Counted from the first letter of the stretch, positions 40,501-54,543 are shown. The stretch is DNA of 64,000 nucleotides from Eledone cirrhosa (GCA_964016885.1 OZ024743.1:330336001-330400000); one strand, 5' to 3'. Numbers and translations: made by a program. Notes: generated from the sequence alone by a model not told the origin.

Positions 40501-43500
40501 GCTACTGTTGTTGTTGTTACTGTGTTGCAATAGGTGCTACTGTTGTTGTTGTTGTTGTTGTTACTGTGTTGCAATAGGTGCTACTGTTGTTGTTGTTACT
40601 GTGTTGCAATAGGTGCTACTGTTGTTGTTGTTACTACTGTGTTGCGATAGGTGCTACTGTTGTTGTTGTTGTTACTACTGTGTTGCAATAGGTGCTACTG
40701 TTGTTGTTGTTGTTACTACTGTGTGGCAATAGGTGCTACTGTTGTTGTTGTTACTACTGTGTTGCAATAGGTCCTACTGTTGTTGTTGTTACTACTGTGT
40801 TGCAATAGGTGCTACTGTTGTTGTTGTTGTTACTAGTGTGTTGCAATAGGTGCTACTGTTGTTGTTGTTACTACTGTGTTGCAATAGGTGCTACTGTTGT
40901 TGTTGTTACTACTGTGTTGCAATAGGTGCTACTGTTGTTGTTGTTGTTACTACTGTGTTGCAATAGGTGCTACTGTTGTTGTTGTTGTTACTACTGTTTT
41001 GCAATAGGTGCTACTGTTGTTGTTGTTACTACTGTGTTGCAATAGGTGCTACTGTTGTTGTTGTTGTTACTACTGTGTTGCAATAGGTGCTACTGTTGTT
41101 GTTGTTGTTACTACTGTGTTGCAATAGATGCTACTGTTGTTGTTGCTGTTACTACTGTGTTGCAATAGGTGCTACTGTTGTTGTTGTTACTACTGTGTTG
41201 CAATAGGTGCTACTGTTGTTGTTGTTGTTACTACTGTGTTGCAATAGGTGCTACTGTTGTTGTTGTTGTTACTGTGTTGCAATAGGTGTTACTGTTGTTG
41301 TTGTTGCTACTGTGTTGCAATAGGTGCTACTGTTGTTGTTGTTACTACTGTGTTGCAATAGGTGCTACTGTTGTTGTTGTTGTTACTACTGTGTTGCAAT
41401 AGGTGCTACTGTTGTTGGTGTTGTTACTGTGTTGCAATAGGTGTTACTGTTGTTGTTGTTGCTACTGTGTTGCAATAGGTGCTACTGTTGTTGTTGTTAC
41501 TACTGTGTTGCAATAGGTGCTACTGCTGTTGTTGTTGTTGTTACTACAGTGTTGCAATTGGTGCTACTGTTGTTGTTGTTACTACTGTGTTGCAATAGGT
41601 GCTACTGCTGTTGTTGTTACTACTGTGTTGCAATAGGTGCTACTGTTGTTGTTGTTACTACTGTGTTGCAATAGGTGCTACTGTTGTTGTTGTTGTTACT
41701 ACTGTGTTGCAATAGGTGCTACTGTTGTTGTTGTTACTACTGTGTTGTAATAGGTGCTACTGTTGTTGTTGTTATTACTGTGTTGCAATAGGTGCTACTG
41801 TTGTTGTTGTTACTACTGTGTTGCAATTGGTGCTACTGTTGTTGTTGTTACTACTGTGTCGCAATAGGTGCTACTGTTGTTGTTGTTACTACTGTGTTGC
41901 AATAGGTGCTACTGTTGTTGTTGTTACTACTGTGTCGCAATAGGTGCTACTGTTGTTGTTGTTACTACTGTGTTGCAATTGGTGCTACTGTTGTTGTTGT
42001 TGTTATTACTGTGTTGAAATAGGTGCTACTGTTGTTGTTGTTATTACTGTGTTGCAATAGGTGCTACTGTTGTTGTTGTTGTTGTTGTTGTTGTTACTGT
42101 GTTGCAATAGGTGCTACTGTTGTTGTTGTTACTACTGTGTTGCAATTGGTGCTACTGTTGTTGTTGTTACTACTGTGTTGCAATAGGTGCTACTGTTGTT
42201 GTTGTTACTACTGTGTTGCAATAGGTGCTACTGTTGTTGTTGTTGTTACTACTGTGTTGCAATAGGTGCTACTGTTGTTGTTGTTGTTACTACTGTGTTG
42301 CAATAGGTGCTACTGTTGTTGTTGTTACTACTGTGTTGCAATAGGTGCTACTGTTTTTGTTGTTGTTACTACTGTGTTGCAATAGGTGCTACTGTTGTTG
42401 TTGTTGTTACTACTGTGTTGCAATAGGTGCTACTGTTGTTGTTGTTACTACTGTGTTGCAATAGGTGCTACTGTTGTTGTTGTTGTTGTTACTGTGTTGC
42501 TATAGGTACTACTGTTGTTGTTGTTGTTACTACTGTATTGCAATAGGTGCTACTGTTGTTGTTGTTACTACTGTGTTGCAATTGGTGCTACTGTTGTTGT
42601 TGTTACTACTGTGTTGCAATAGGTGCTACTGCTGTTGTTGTTACTACTGTGTTGCAATAGGTGCTACTGTTGTTGTTGTTACTACTGTGTTGCAATAGGT
42701 GCTACTGTTGTTGTTGTTGTTACTACTGTATTGCAATAGGTGCTACTGTTGTTGTTGTTACTACTGTGTTGCAATAGGTGCTACTGTTGTTGTTGTTACT
42801 ACTGTGTTTCAATAGGTGCTACTGTTGTTCTTGTTACTGTGTTGCAATAGGTGCTACTGTTGTTCTTGTTACTGTGTTGCAATAGTTGCTACTATTGTTG
42901 TTCTTGTTACTACTGTGTTGCAATAGGTGCTACTGCTGTTGTTGTTACTACTGTGTTGCAATAGGTGCTACTGTTGTTGTTGTTACTACTGTGTTGCAAT
43001 AGGTGCTACTGTTGTTGTTGTTACTACTACTGTGTTGCAATAGTTGCTACTGTTGTTGTTGTTGCTTCTAGTGTGTTGCAATATGTGCTACTGTTGTTGT
43101 TGTTGTTACTACTGTGTTGCAATAGGTGCTACTGTTGTTGGTGTTGTTGTTACTGCGTTGCAATATGTGCTACTGTTGTTGTTGTTACTACTGTGTTGCA
43201 ATAGGTGCTACTGTTGTTGTTGTTACTACTGTGTTGCCATAGGTGCTACTGTTGTTGTTGTTACTACTATGTTGCAATAGGTGCTACTGTTGTTGTTGTT
43301 ACTACTGTGTTGCAATAGGTGCTACTGTTGTTTTTGTTGTTGTTACTGTGTTGCAATAGGTGCTACTGCTGTTGTTGTTACTACTGCGTTGCAATTGGTG
43401 CTACTGTTGTTGTTGTTATTACTGTGTTGCAATAGGTGCTACTGTTGTTGTTGTTACTACTGTGTTGCAATAGGTGCTACTGTTGTTGTTGTTGTTGTTG

Positions 43501-46500
43501 TTACTGTGTTGCAATAGGTGCTACTGTTGTTGTTGTTACTACTGTGTTGCAATAGGTGCTACTGTTGTTGTTGTTACTACTGTGTTGCGATAGGTGCTAC
43601 TGTTGTTGTTGTTATTACTGTGTTGCAATAGGTACTACTGTTGTTGTCGTTGTTACTACTGCGTTGCAATAGGTGCTACTGTTGTTGTTGTTACTACTGT
43701 GTGGCAATAGGTGCTACTGTTGTTGTTGTTACTACTGTGTTGCAATAGGTGCTACTGTTGTTGTTGTTACGACTGTGTTGCAATTGGTGCTACTGTTGTT
43801 GTTGTTATTACTGTGTTGCAATAGGTGCTACTGTTGTTGTTGTTACTACTGTTTTGCAATAGGTGCTACTGTTGTTGTTGTTGTTGTTGTTACTGTGTTG
43901 CAATAGGTGCTACTTTTGTTGTCGTTGTTACTACTGCGTTGCAATAGGTGCTACTGTTGTTGTTGTTACTACTGTGTGGCAATAGGTGCTACTGTTGTTG
44001 TTGTTACTACTGTGTTGCAATTGGTGCTACTGTTGTTGTTGTTGCTACTACTGTGTGGCAATAGGTACTACTGTTGTTGTTGTTACTACTGTGTTGCAAT
44101 AGGTGCTACTGTTGTTGTTACTGTGTTGCAATAGGTCCTACTGTTGTTGTTGTTACTACTGTGTTGCAATAGGTCCTACTGTTGTTGTTGTTACTACTGT
44201 GTTGCAACAGGTGCTACTGTTGTTGTTGTTGTTACTACTGTGTTGCAATAGGTGCTACTGTTGTTGTTACTGTGTTGCAATAGGTCCTACTGTTGTTGTT
44301 GTTACTACTGTGTTGCAATAGGTGCTACTGTTGTTGTTGTTACTACTGTGTTGCAATTGGTGCTACTGTTGTTGTTGTTACTACTGTTTTGCAATAGGTG
44401 CTACTGTTGTTGTTGTTACTACTGTGTTGCAATAGGTGCTACTGTTGTTGTTGTTACTACTGTGTTGCAATTGGTGCTACTGTTGTTGTTGTTGTTACTA
44501 CTGTGTGGCAATAGGTGCTACTGTTGTTGTTGTTACTACTGTGTTGCAATAGGTGCTACTGTTGTTGTTGTTACTACTGTGTTGCAATTGGTGCTACTGT
44601 TGTTGTTGTTGTTACTACTGTGTGGCAATAGGTGCTACTGTTGTTGTTGTTGTTACTACTGTGTTGCAATAGGTGCTACTGTTGTTGTTGTTACTACTGT
44701 GTTGCAATAGGTGCTACTGTTGTTGTTGTTGTTACTACTGTGTTGCAATAGGTGCTACTGTTGTTGTTGTTACTACTGTGTTGCAATAGGTGCTACTGTT
44801 GTTGTTGTTACTACTGTGTTGCAATAGGTGCTACTGTTGTTGTTGTTACTACTGTGTTGCAATAGGTGCTACTGTTGTTGTTGTTACTACTGTGTTGCAA
44901 TAGGTGCTACTGTTGTTGTTGTTACTACTGTGTGGCAATAGGTGCTACTATTGTTGTTGTTGTTACTACTGTGTGGCAATAGGTGCTACTGTTGTTGTTG
45001 TTACTACTGTGTTGCAATTGTTGCTACTGTTGTTGTTGTTGTTACTACTGTGTGGCAATAGGTGCTACTGTTGTTGTTGTTACTACTGTGTTGCAATAGG
45101 TGCTACTGTTGTTGTTGTTACTACTGTGTGGCAATAGGTGCTACTGTTGTTGTTGTTACTACTGTGTTGCAATTGTTGCTACTGTTGTTGTTGTTGTTAC
45201 TACTGTGTGGCAATAGGTGCTACTGTTGTTGTTGTTACTACTGTGTTGCAATAGGTGCTACTGTTGTTGTTGTTACTACTGTGTTGCAATAGGTGCTACT
45301 GTTGTTGTTGTTGTTACTACTGTGTTGCAATAGGTGCTACTGTTGTTGTTGTTGTTACTACTGTGTTGCAATAGGTGCTACTGTTGTTGTTGTTACTACT
45401 GTGTTACAATAGGTGCTACTGTTGTTGTTGTTGTTACTACTGTGTGGCAATAGGTGCTACTGTTGTTGTTGTTACTACTGTGTTGCAATTGGTGCTACTG
45501 TTGTTGTTGTTATTACTGTGTTGCAATAGGTGCTACTGTTGTTGTTGTTGTTACTACTGTGTTGCAATAGGTGCTACTGTTGTTGTTGTTGTTACTACTG
45601 TGTTGCAATAGGTGCTACTGTTGTTGTTGTTACTACTGTGTTGCAATAGGTGCTACTGTTGTTGTTACTGTGTTGCAATAGGTCCTACTGTTGTTGTTGT
45701 TACTACTGTGTTGCAATTGGTGCTACTGTTGTTGTTGTTACTACTGTTTTGCAATAGATGCTACTGTTGTTGTTGTTACTACTGTGTTGCAATTGGTGCT
45801 ACTGTTGTTGTTGTTACTACTGTTTTGCCATAGGTGCTACTTTTGTTGTTCTTACTACTGTGTTGCAATAGGTGCTACTGTTGTTGTTGTTGTTACTGTG
45901 TTGCAATAGGTGTTACTGTTGTTGTTGTTGTTACTGTGTTGCAATAGGTGTTACTGTTGTTGTTGTTGCTACTGTGTTGCAATAGGTGCTACTGTTGTTG
46001 TTGTTACTACTGTGTTGCAATAGGTGCTACTGTTGTTGTTGTTGTTGTTACTACTGTGTTGCAATTGGTGCTACTGTTGTTGTTGTTACTAGTGTGTTGC
46101 AATAGGTGCTACTGCTGTTGTTGTTACTACTGTGTTGCAATAGGTGCTAATGTTGTTGTTGTTACTACTGTGTTGCAATAGGTGCTACTGTTGTTGTTGT
46201 TGTTACTACTGTATTGCAATAGGTGTTATTGTTGTTGTTGTTACTACTCTGTTGCAATAGGTGCTACTGTTGTTGTTGTTACTGTGTTTCAATAGGTGCT
46301 ACTGTTCTTCTTGTTACTGTGTTGCAATATGTGCTACTGTTGTTGTTGTTACTACTGTGTCGCAATAGGTGCTACTGTTGTTGTTGTTACTACTGTGTTG
46401 CAATAGGTGCTACTGTTGTTGTTGTTACTACTGTGTTGCAATAGGTGCTACTGTTGTTGTTGTTACTACTGTGTTGCAATTGGTGCTACTGTTGTTGTTG

Positions 46501-47500
46501 TTATTACTGTGTTGCAATAGGTGCTACTGTTGTTGTTGTTATTACTGTGTTGCAATAGGTGCTACTGTTGTTGTTGTTGTTGTTGTTGTTACTGTGTTGC
46601 AATAGGTGCTACTGTTGTTGTTGTTACTACTGTGTTGCAATTGGTGCTACTGTTGTTGTTGTTACTACTGTGTTGCAATAGGTGCTACTGTTGTTGTTGT
46701 TGTTACTACTGTGTTGCAATAGGTGCTACTGTTGTTGTTGTTACTACTGTGTTGCAATAGGTGCTACTGTTGTTGTTGTTGTTACTACTGTGTTGCAATT
46801 GGTGCTACTGTTGTTGTTGTTACTACTGTGTTGCAATAGGTGCTACTGTTGTTGTTGTTACTACTGTGTTGCAATAGGTGCTACTGTTGTTGTTGTTGTT
46901 ACTACTGTGTTGCAATAGGTGCTACTGTTGTTGTTGTTACTACTGTGTTGCAATAGGTGCTACTGTTGTTGTTGTTGTTGTTGTTACTGTGTTGCTATAG
47001 GTACTACTGTTGTTGTTGTTGTTACTACTGTATTGCAATAGGTGCTACTGTTGTTGTTGTTACTACTGTGTTGCAATTGGTGCTACTGTTGTTGTTGTTA
47101 CTACTGTGTTGCAATAGGTGCTACTGCTGTTGTTGTTACTACTGTGTTGCAATAGGTGCTACTGTTGTTGTTGTTACTACTGTGTTGCAATAGGTGCTAC
47201 TGTTGTTGTTGTTGTTACTACTGTATTGCAATAGGTGCTACTGTTGTTGTTGTTACTACTGTGTTGCAATAGGTGCTACTGTTGTTGTTGTTGTTAGTAC
47301 TGTGTTGCAATTGGTGCTACTGTTGTTGTTGTTACTACTGTGTTTCAATAGGTGCTACTGTTGTTCTTGTTACTGTGTTGCAATAGGTGCTACTGTTGTT
47401 CTTGTTACTGTGTTGCAATAGTTGCTCCTATTGTTGTTCTTGTTACTACTGTGTTGCACTAGGTGCCACTGTTGTTGTTGTTGTTACTACTGTGTTGTTA
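16550..47500. repeat. ~31-kb satellite, 38-bp consensus gtgttgcaataggtgctact(gtt)4actact, roughly 800 copies
   Basis: The array is continuous. Unit length varies in 3-bp steps through GTT/ACT copy number, with regional variants and kb-scale duplications. Confidence 0.98.
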
Positions 47501-47739
47501 TTGTTGTCACTGTTATTACTACTCTGTTGTTAATATGTGCTACTGTGTTGTTGTTGTTGTCACTCTTGTTGCAGTTGCGGTTGATATACCTTTGACGATT
47601 GTTGCCAATGTTGCTAACTGTTTTTGTTGGTGGTGCTAACGTGGTTGTTGTTGATGTTACTACTGTTGTTGTTGTTGCTAATGTTCTTGTTTTTGATAGT
47701 TGCTGCTGCTATTGTTGTTGATGTTGCTACTGTTGTCAC

Positions 47740-48290
47740 TGTTTTTTGCTGCTGTTGATGGCATTGTTGTTTTTGATACTGTTGCTGTTCTAATTGTTGT
47801 TGCTACGCTTGATGCTGTTGTTGTCGTTGTTGCTGCTGTTGATGGTATTGTTGTTGTTGATATTGTTGCTGTTGATATTGTTGTTGCTACGCTTGATGTT
47901 GTTGTTGACGTTGTTGCTGCTGTTGATGGTATTGTTGTTGATATTGTTGCTGTTGTTATTGTTGTTGCTACGCTTGATGTTGTTGTTGACGTTGTTGCTG
48001 CTGTTGATGGTATTGTTGTTGTTGATACTGTTGCTGTTGTTATTGTTGTTGCTACGCTTGACGCTGTTGTTGTCGTTGTTGCTGCTGTTGATGGTATTGT
48101 TGTTGGTACTGTTGCTGTTCTATTGTTATTGCTACACTTGATGTTGTTGTTGTCGTTGTTGCTGCTGTTGATGGTATTGTTGTTGATACTGTTGCTGTTG
48201 TTATTGTTGTTGCTACGCTTGATGCTGTTGTTGTCATTGTTGCTGCTGTTGATGGTATTGTTGTTGTTGATACTGTTGCTGTTGTTATTG
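47740..48290. repeat. 81-84-bp minisatellite (gctacgcttgatg...gatggtattgtt), about 6-7 copies
   Basis: gctacgcttg occurs at 47802, 47886, 47967, 48051 and 48212, with a gctacacttg variant at 48131. Confidence 0.92.
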
Positions 48291-49980
48291 TTGTTGCTGC
48301 TGTGCTGTTGTCATACTGTTGCTGCTGTGATGTTGTTGCTGTGATGTTGCTGCTGTGCTGTTGTCATACTGTTGCTGCTGTGATGTTGTTGCTGTGATAT
48401 TGTTGCTTTGATGTTGCTGCTGTGCTGTTGTCATACTGTTGCTGCTGTTGTTATTGTTGCTTTGATGTTGCTGCTGTGCTGTTGTCATACTGTTGCTACT
48501 GTGATGTTGTTGCTGTGATGTTGCTGCTGTGCTGTTGTCATACTGTTGCTGCTGTGATGTTGTTGCTGGATGTTGCTGCTGTGATATTGTTGCTTTGATG
48601 TTGCTGCTGTGCTGTTGTCATACTGTTGCTGCTGTGATATTGTTGCTTTGATGTTGCTGCTGTGCTGTTGTCATAATGTTGCTGCTGTGATGTTGTTGCT
48701 GGATGTTGCTGCTGTGATATTGTTGCTTTGATGTTGCTGCTGTGATGCTGTCATACTGTTGCTGCTGTGATGTTGTTGCTGTGATGTTGCTACTGTGCTG
48801 TTGTCATACTGTTGCTGCTGTGATGTTGTTGCTGGATGTTGCTGCTGTGATATTGTTGCTTTGATGTTGCTGCTGTGATGTTGTCATACTGTTGCTGCTG
48901 TGATGTTGTTGCTGTGATGTTGCTGCTGTGCTGTTGTCATACTGTTGCTGCTGTGATGTTGTTGCTGGATGTTGCTGCTGTGCTGTTGTCATACTGTTGC
49001 TGCTGTGATGTTGTTGCTGGATGTTGCTGCTGTGCTGTTGTTGCTTTGATGTTGCTGCTGTGCTGTTGTCATACTGTTGCTGCTGTGATATTGTTGCTTT
49101 GATGTTGCTGCTATGCTGTTGTCATACTGTTGCTGCTGTGATGTTGTTGCTGGATGTTGCTGCTGTGCTGTTGTCATACTGTTGCTGCTGTGATGTTGTT
49201 GCTGGATGTTGCTGCTGTGCTGTTGTTGCTTTGATGTTGCTGCTGTGCTGTTGTCATACTGTTGCTGCTGTGATATTGTTGCTTTGATGTTGCTGCTATG
49301 CTGTTGTCATACTGTTGCTGCTGTGATGTTGTTGCTGGATGTTGCTGCTGTGCTGTTGTCATACTGTTGCTGCTGTGATGTTGTTGCTGGATGTTGCTGC
49401 TGTGCTGTTGTCATACTGTTGCTGCTGTGATGTTGTTGCTGGATGTTGCTGCTGTGCTGTTGTTGCTTTGATGTTGCTGCTGTGCTGTTGTCATACTGTT
49501 GCTGCTGTGATATTGTTGCTTTGATGTTGCTGCTGTGCTGTTGTCATACTGTTGCTGCTGTACTGTTGTTGCTGTGATTTGCTGCTGTGCTGTTGTCATA
49601 CTGTTGCTGCTGTGATGTTGTTGCTGTGATGTTGCTGCTATGCTTTTGTCATACTGTTGCTGCTGTGATGTTGTTGCTGTGATGTTGCTGCTATGCTGTT
49701 GTCATACTGTTGCTGCTGTACTGTTGTTGCTGTGATGTTGCTGCTATGCTGTTGTCATACTGTTGCTGCTGTGCTGTTGTTGCTGTGATGTTGCTGCTAT
49801 GCTGTTGTCATACTGTTGCTGCTGTACTGTTGTTGCTGTGATGTTGCTGCTGTGCTGTTGTCATACTGTTGCTGCTGTGATGTTGTTGCTGTGATGTTGC
49901 TGCTATGCTGTTGTCATACTGTTGCTGCTGTGCTGTTGTCATACTGTTGCTGCTTTGCTGTTGTCATACTGTTGCTGCGG
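48290..49980. repeat. ~50-bp minisatellite (gctgttgtcatactgttgctgctgtgatgtt) with 185-bp higher-order period
   Basis: Identical artefact ORFs start at 48989 and 49174. Confidence 0.92.
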
Positions 49981-50042
49981 TGATGTTGTTGTTGTGACTG
50001 CTGTTATTACTGCTGTCGCTACGTCTGATGTTGCTGTTGTTG

Positions 50043-51162
50043 TTTTTTTTTCTTTTTTTCTTACCGCAGGCGCCTGAAGATTACCCACAGTAGCCTTAGA
50101 CTGGCGTGTGGGAGACGAGTTCATCCATGCTGGAGCCCAGTTGGTGGTGATAACAATCCACCATCAAGACCGGACATCTCATCCAAAGATGTTCTGAGGA
50201 TTTTTCTTCCTCTCCGCATCGACGGCATGTGCTGATTTCCGCTTGGCCGATCATATGGAGCCATCTCCTTAATGACGTGTGATGTCCACTGCAGAAGCGG
50301 GCAAGATGGTTCCTATCTGCTTTGGAGAGAGTTTGCTCACTCTCTTCATTTGGGTGGCGGCTAAAGACTGATTGTAGACGTTGATCCTGAATCGGTGGAG
50401 GGCGAAATTCCCGGCGAATGACGGCGCGTCGGGTGGAGGCATCGATTGAACTTTCCAGTTGAGTAGATGCTGAGCCTTATTACGCCTGGGCGTCCGCCAG
50501 TTCATTCGCTTTGATGTTGCAGTGACCTGGACTCAGACATCTGCTAAGGTTCTCCCATTTGTGATTTTATCGACGAACTACAGAAAGCATTGAACCAAAT
50601 AAGAGCCGGGAAAGCGGCTGGTCCCAACCAGATAGCACCAGATCTCCTCAAACACCTACCACCAACGGCCTTAAAAACATTGTTAGACCTATTAAATTTA
50701 AGCTGGCTGGAGAATTGGTGCCCACAAGATTGGCAAATGGCGACTATCGTTCCCTTTCATAAAAAAGGGAAAGATCCGGTAACGTGGGGAATTATCGACC
50801 GATTGCGTTAACCTCAACGATGGGGAAGCTCTTAGAGCGTTTGATTGCGAACCGGTTAACTTGGTGACTAGAGGAACACTCCATTCTTAGTCACTAGCAA
50901 GCTGGTTTCAGAAAGGGCCGCAGCATCACCGATCTGTGCCTCCGATTGTCCCAGTTCATTACAGATGGGTTCCAGTCATTGGATCGAAATTGCATCGTTG
51001 CTACATCCTTCGACTTTAGCCGTGCGTATGATCGTGTGTCCGAATTAATGGGACCACTGGTCGCAGTCGCGTGTTTAAAGAAGGGCTACCGCAAGGTTCC
51101 GTCCATTCACCAATGCTTTTCACAATCTTCATAAATGGTCTACTCGATCAAATCGACAACAC
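50043..51162. mobile_element. I-group (RNase H-containing, Ingi/Nimb-like) LINE, 5'-inverted, with 15-bp TSD
   Basis: The minus strand at 50535-50070 encodes PGHCNIKANELADAQA (RNase H end), LARFCSGHH and CRRCGEEEKSSEHLWMRCP, then an A-rich tail at 50043-50062. The plus strand at 50545-51160 encodes RT motifs KAAGPNQI, YRPIALTSTMGKLLERL, QAGFRKGRS, DFSRAYDRV and GLPQGSVHSPMLF. The TSD atgttgctgttgttg is at 50028-42 and 51163-77. Confidence 0.9.
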
Positions 51163-51184
51163 ATGTTGCTGTTGTTGCAATTGC

Positions 51185-54100
51185 TGCAGTTATTACTGCC
51201 GTTGCTACGTCTGTTGCTGTTGTTACTACTGCTGTTGCTACGTCTGTTGCTGTTGTTACTACTGCTGTTGCTACGTCTGTTGCTGTTGCTACTGCTGTTG
51301 CTGCTGTTACTACTGCTGTTGTTACGTCTGTTGCTGCTGTTACTACTGCTGTTGCTACGGCTGTTGCTGCTGTTACTACTGCTGTTGCTACGGCTGTTGC
51401 TGTTGTTACTACTGCTGTTGCTACGTCTGTTGCTGCTGTTACTACTGCTGTTGTTACGTCTGTTGCTGCTGTTACTACTGCTGTTGCTACGGCTGTTGCT
51501 GTTGTTACTACTGCTGTTGCTACGTCTGTTGCTGCTGTTACTACTGCTGTTGCTACGGCTGTTGCTACGGCTGTTGCTGTTGTTACTACTGCTGTTGCTA
51601 CGTCTGTTGCTGCTGTTACTACTGCTGTTGTTACGTCTGTTGCTGCTGTTACTACTGCTGTTGCTACGTCTGTTGCTGTTGTTACTACTGCTGTTGCTAC
51701 GTCTGTTGCTGTTGTACTACTGCTGTTGCTACGTCGGTTGCTACTGTTACTACTGCTGTTGCTACGTCTGTTGTTGTTGCTACGTCCGTTGCTGCTGTTA
51801 CTACTGCTGTTGCTACGTCTGTTGCTTTTGTTACTACTGCTGTTGCTACGTCTGTTGCTGTTGTTACTACTGCTGTTGCTACGTCTGTTGCTGCTGTTAC
51901 TACTGCTTTTTCTACGTCTGTTGCTGTTGTTACTACTGTTGTTGCTACGTCTGTTGTTGTTGTTACTACTGCTGTTGCTACGTCTGTTGCTGCTGTTACT
52001 ACTGCTGTTGTTACGTCTGTTGCTGTTGTTACTACTGCTGTTTCTACGTCTGTTGTTGTTGTTACTACTGCTGTTGCTACGTCTGTTGCTGCTGTTACTA
52101 CTGCTGTTATACGTCTGTTGCTGCTGTTACTACTGCTGTTGCTACGTCTGTTGTTGTTGTTACTACTGCTGTTGCTACGTCTGTTGCTGCTGTTACTACT
52201 GCTGTTTCTACGTCTGTTGTTGTTGTTACTACTGCTGTTGCTACGTCTGTTGCTGCTGTTACTACTGCTGTTATACGTCTGTTGCTGCTGTTACTACTGC
52301 TGTTGCTACGTCTGTTGTTGTTGTTACTACTGCTGTTGCTACGCCTGTTGCTGCTGTTACTACTGCTGTTTCTATGTCTGTTGTTGTTGTTACTACTGCT
52401 GTTGCTACGTCTGTTGCTGCTGTACTACTGCTGTTGCTACGTCTGGTGCTGCTGTTTCTACTGCTGTTGCTACGTCTGTTGCTGTTATTACTACTGCTGT
52501 GCTACGTCTGTTGCTGCTGTTACTACTGCTGTTGCTACGTCTGTTGCTGCTGTTACTACTGCTGTTGCTACGTCTGTTGCTGCTGTTACTACTGCTGTTG
52601 CTACGTCTGTTGCTGTTGTTACTAATGCTGTTGCTACGTCTGTTGCTGTTGTTACTACTGCTGTTGCTACGTCTGTTGCTGCTGTTACTACTGCTGTTGC
52701 TACGTCTGTTGCTGTTGTTACTACTGCTGTTGCTACGTCTGTTGCTGTTGTTACTACTGCTGTTGCTACGTCTGTTGCTGCTGTTACTACTGCTGTTGCT
52801 ACGTCTGTTGCTGCTGTTACTACTGTTGTTGCTACGTCTGTTGCTGCTGTTACTACTGCTGTTGCTACGTCTGTTGTTGTTACTACTGCTGTTGCTACGT
52901 CTGTTGCTGCTGTTACTACTGCTGTTGCTACGTCTGTTGTTGTTGTTACTACTGCTGTTGCTACGTCTGTTGCTGCTGTTACTACTGCTGTTTCTACGTC
53001 TGTTGTTGTTGTTACTACTGCTGTTGCTACGTCTGTTGCTGCTGTTACTACTGCTGTTATACGTCTGTTGCTGCTGTTACTACTGCTGTTGCTACGTCTG
53101 TTGTTGTTGTTACTACTGCTGTTGCTACGTCTGTTGCTGCTGTTACTACTGCTGTTGCTACGTCTGGTGCTGCTGTTTCTACTGCTGTTGCTACGTCTGT
53201 TGCTGTTATTACTACTGCTGTGCTACGTCTGTTGCTGCTGTTACTACTGCTGTTGCTACGTCTGTTGCTGCTGTTACTACTGCTGTTGCTACGTCTGTTG
53301 CTGCTGTTACTACTGCTGTTGCTACGTCTGTTGCTGTTGTTACTAATGCTGTTGCTACGTCTGTTGCTGTTGTTACTACTGCTGTTGCTACGTCTGTTGC
53401 TGCTGTTACTACTGCTGTTGCTACGTCTGTTGCTGTTGTTACTACTGCTGTTGCTACGTCTGTTGCTGTTGTTACTACTGCTGTTGCTACGTCTGTTGCT
53501 GCTGTTACTACTGCTGTTGCTACGTCTGTTGCTGCTGTTACTACTGTTGTTGCTACGTCTGTTGCTGCTGTTACTACTGCTGTTGCTACGTCTGTTGTTG
53601 TTACTACTGCTGTTGCTACGTCTGTTGCTGCTGTTACTACTGCTGTTGCTACGTCTGTTGTTGTTGTTACTACTGCTGTTGCTACGTCTGTTGCTGCTGT
53701 TACTACTGCTGTTGCTACGTCTGGTGCTGCTGTTTCTACTGCTGTTGCTACGTCTGTTGCTGTTATTACTACTGCTGTTCCTACGTCTGTTGCTGTTATT
53801 ACTACTGCTGTGCTACGTCTGTTGCTGCTGTTACTACTGCAGTTGCTACGTCTGTTGCTGCTGTTACTACTGCTGTTGCTACGTCTGTTGCTGCTGTTAC
53901 TACTGCTGTTGCTACGTCTGTTGCTGCTGTTACTACTGCTGTTGCTACGTCTGTTGTTGTTGTTACTACTGCTGTTGCTACGTCTGTTGCTGCTGTTACT
54001 ACAGCTGTTGCTACGTCTGTTGCTGCTGTTACTACTGCTGTTGCTACGTCTGTTGCTGTTGTTACTACTGCTGTTGCTACGTCTGTTGCTGTTGTTACTA

Positions 54101-54203
54101 CTGCTGTTGCTACGTCTGTTGCTGCTGTTACTACTGCTGTTGCTACGTCTGTTGCTGCTGTTACTACTGCTGTTGCTACGTCTGTTGCTGCTGTTACTAC
54201 TAC
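51185..54203. repeat. 33-bp satellite gctacgtctgttgctgctgttactactgctgtt, about 90 copies
   Basis: It translates as an 11-aa period (ATSVAAVTTAV). The variant gtctggtgctgctgtttct at 52441 and 53162 shows a 721-bp duplication. Confidence 0.97.
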
Positions 54204-54354
54204 AGAAGCTCATGCTACTACTGTTGCTGCTATTGTTGTTCTGGGTGGTAATGTGGTACTGTGGATACTTTTCTTATCCTTCCTGCTATAACGGTAATTA
54301 TTGTGGCTGCCATACTGTCATAGTTGTCATAGTGGTGGTGGTGGTGGAGGTGGT

Positions 54355-54480
54355 GCTAGTAGTAGTAGTAGTAGTAGTAGTAGCAGTAGTAGTAGTAGTA
54401 ATAGTAATAGTAGTAGTAGCAGTAGTAGTAGCAGAAGCAGCAGCAGCAGCAGTAGTAGCAGTAGTAGTAGTAGTATTAGA

Positions 54481-54515
<35 letters not shown>

Positions 54516-54543
54516 TAGTAGTAGCAGTAGCAGTAGTAGTAGC

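Noticed and set aside
16550-47500. CRISPR-like appearance (constant core plus variable interval)
   Set aside because: The intervals are (gtt)n(act)n variants, not unique spacers. There are no cas genes and the context is eukaryotic.
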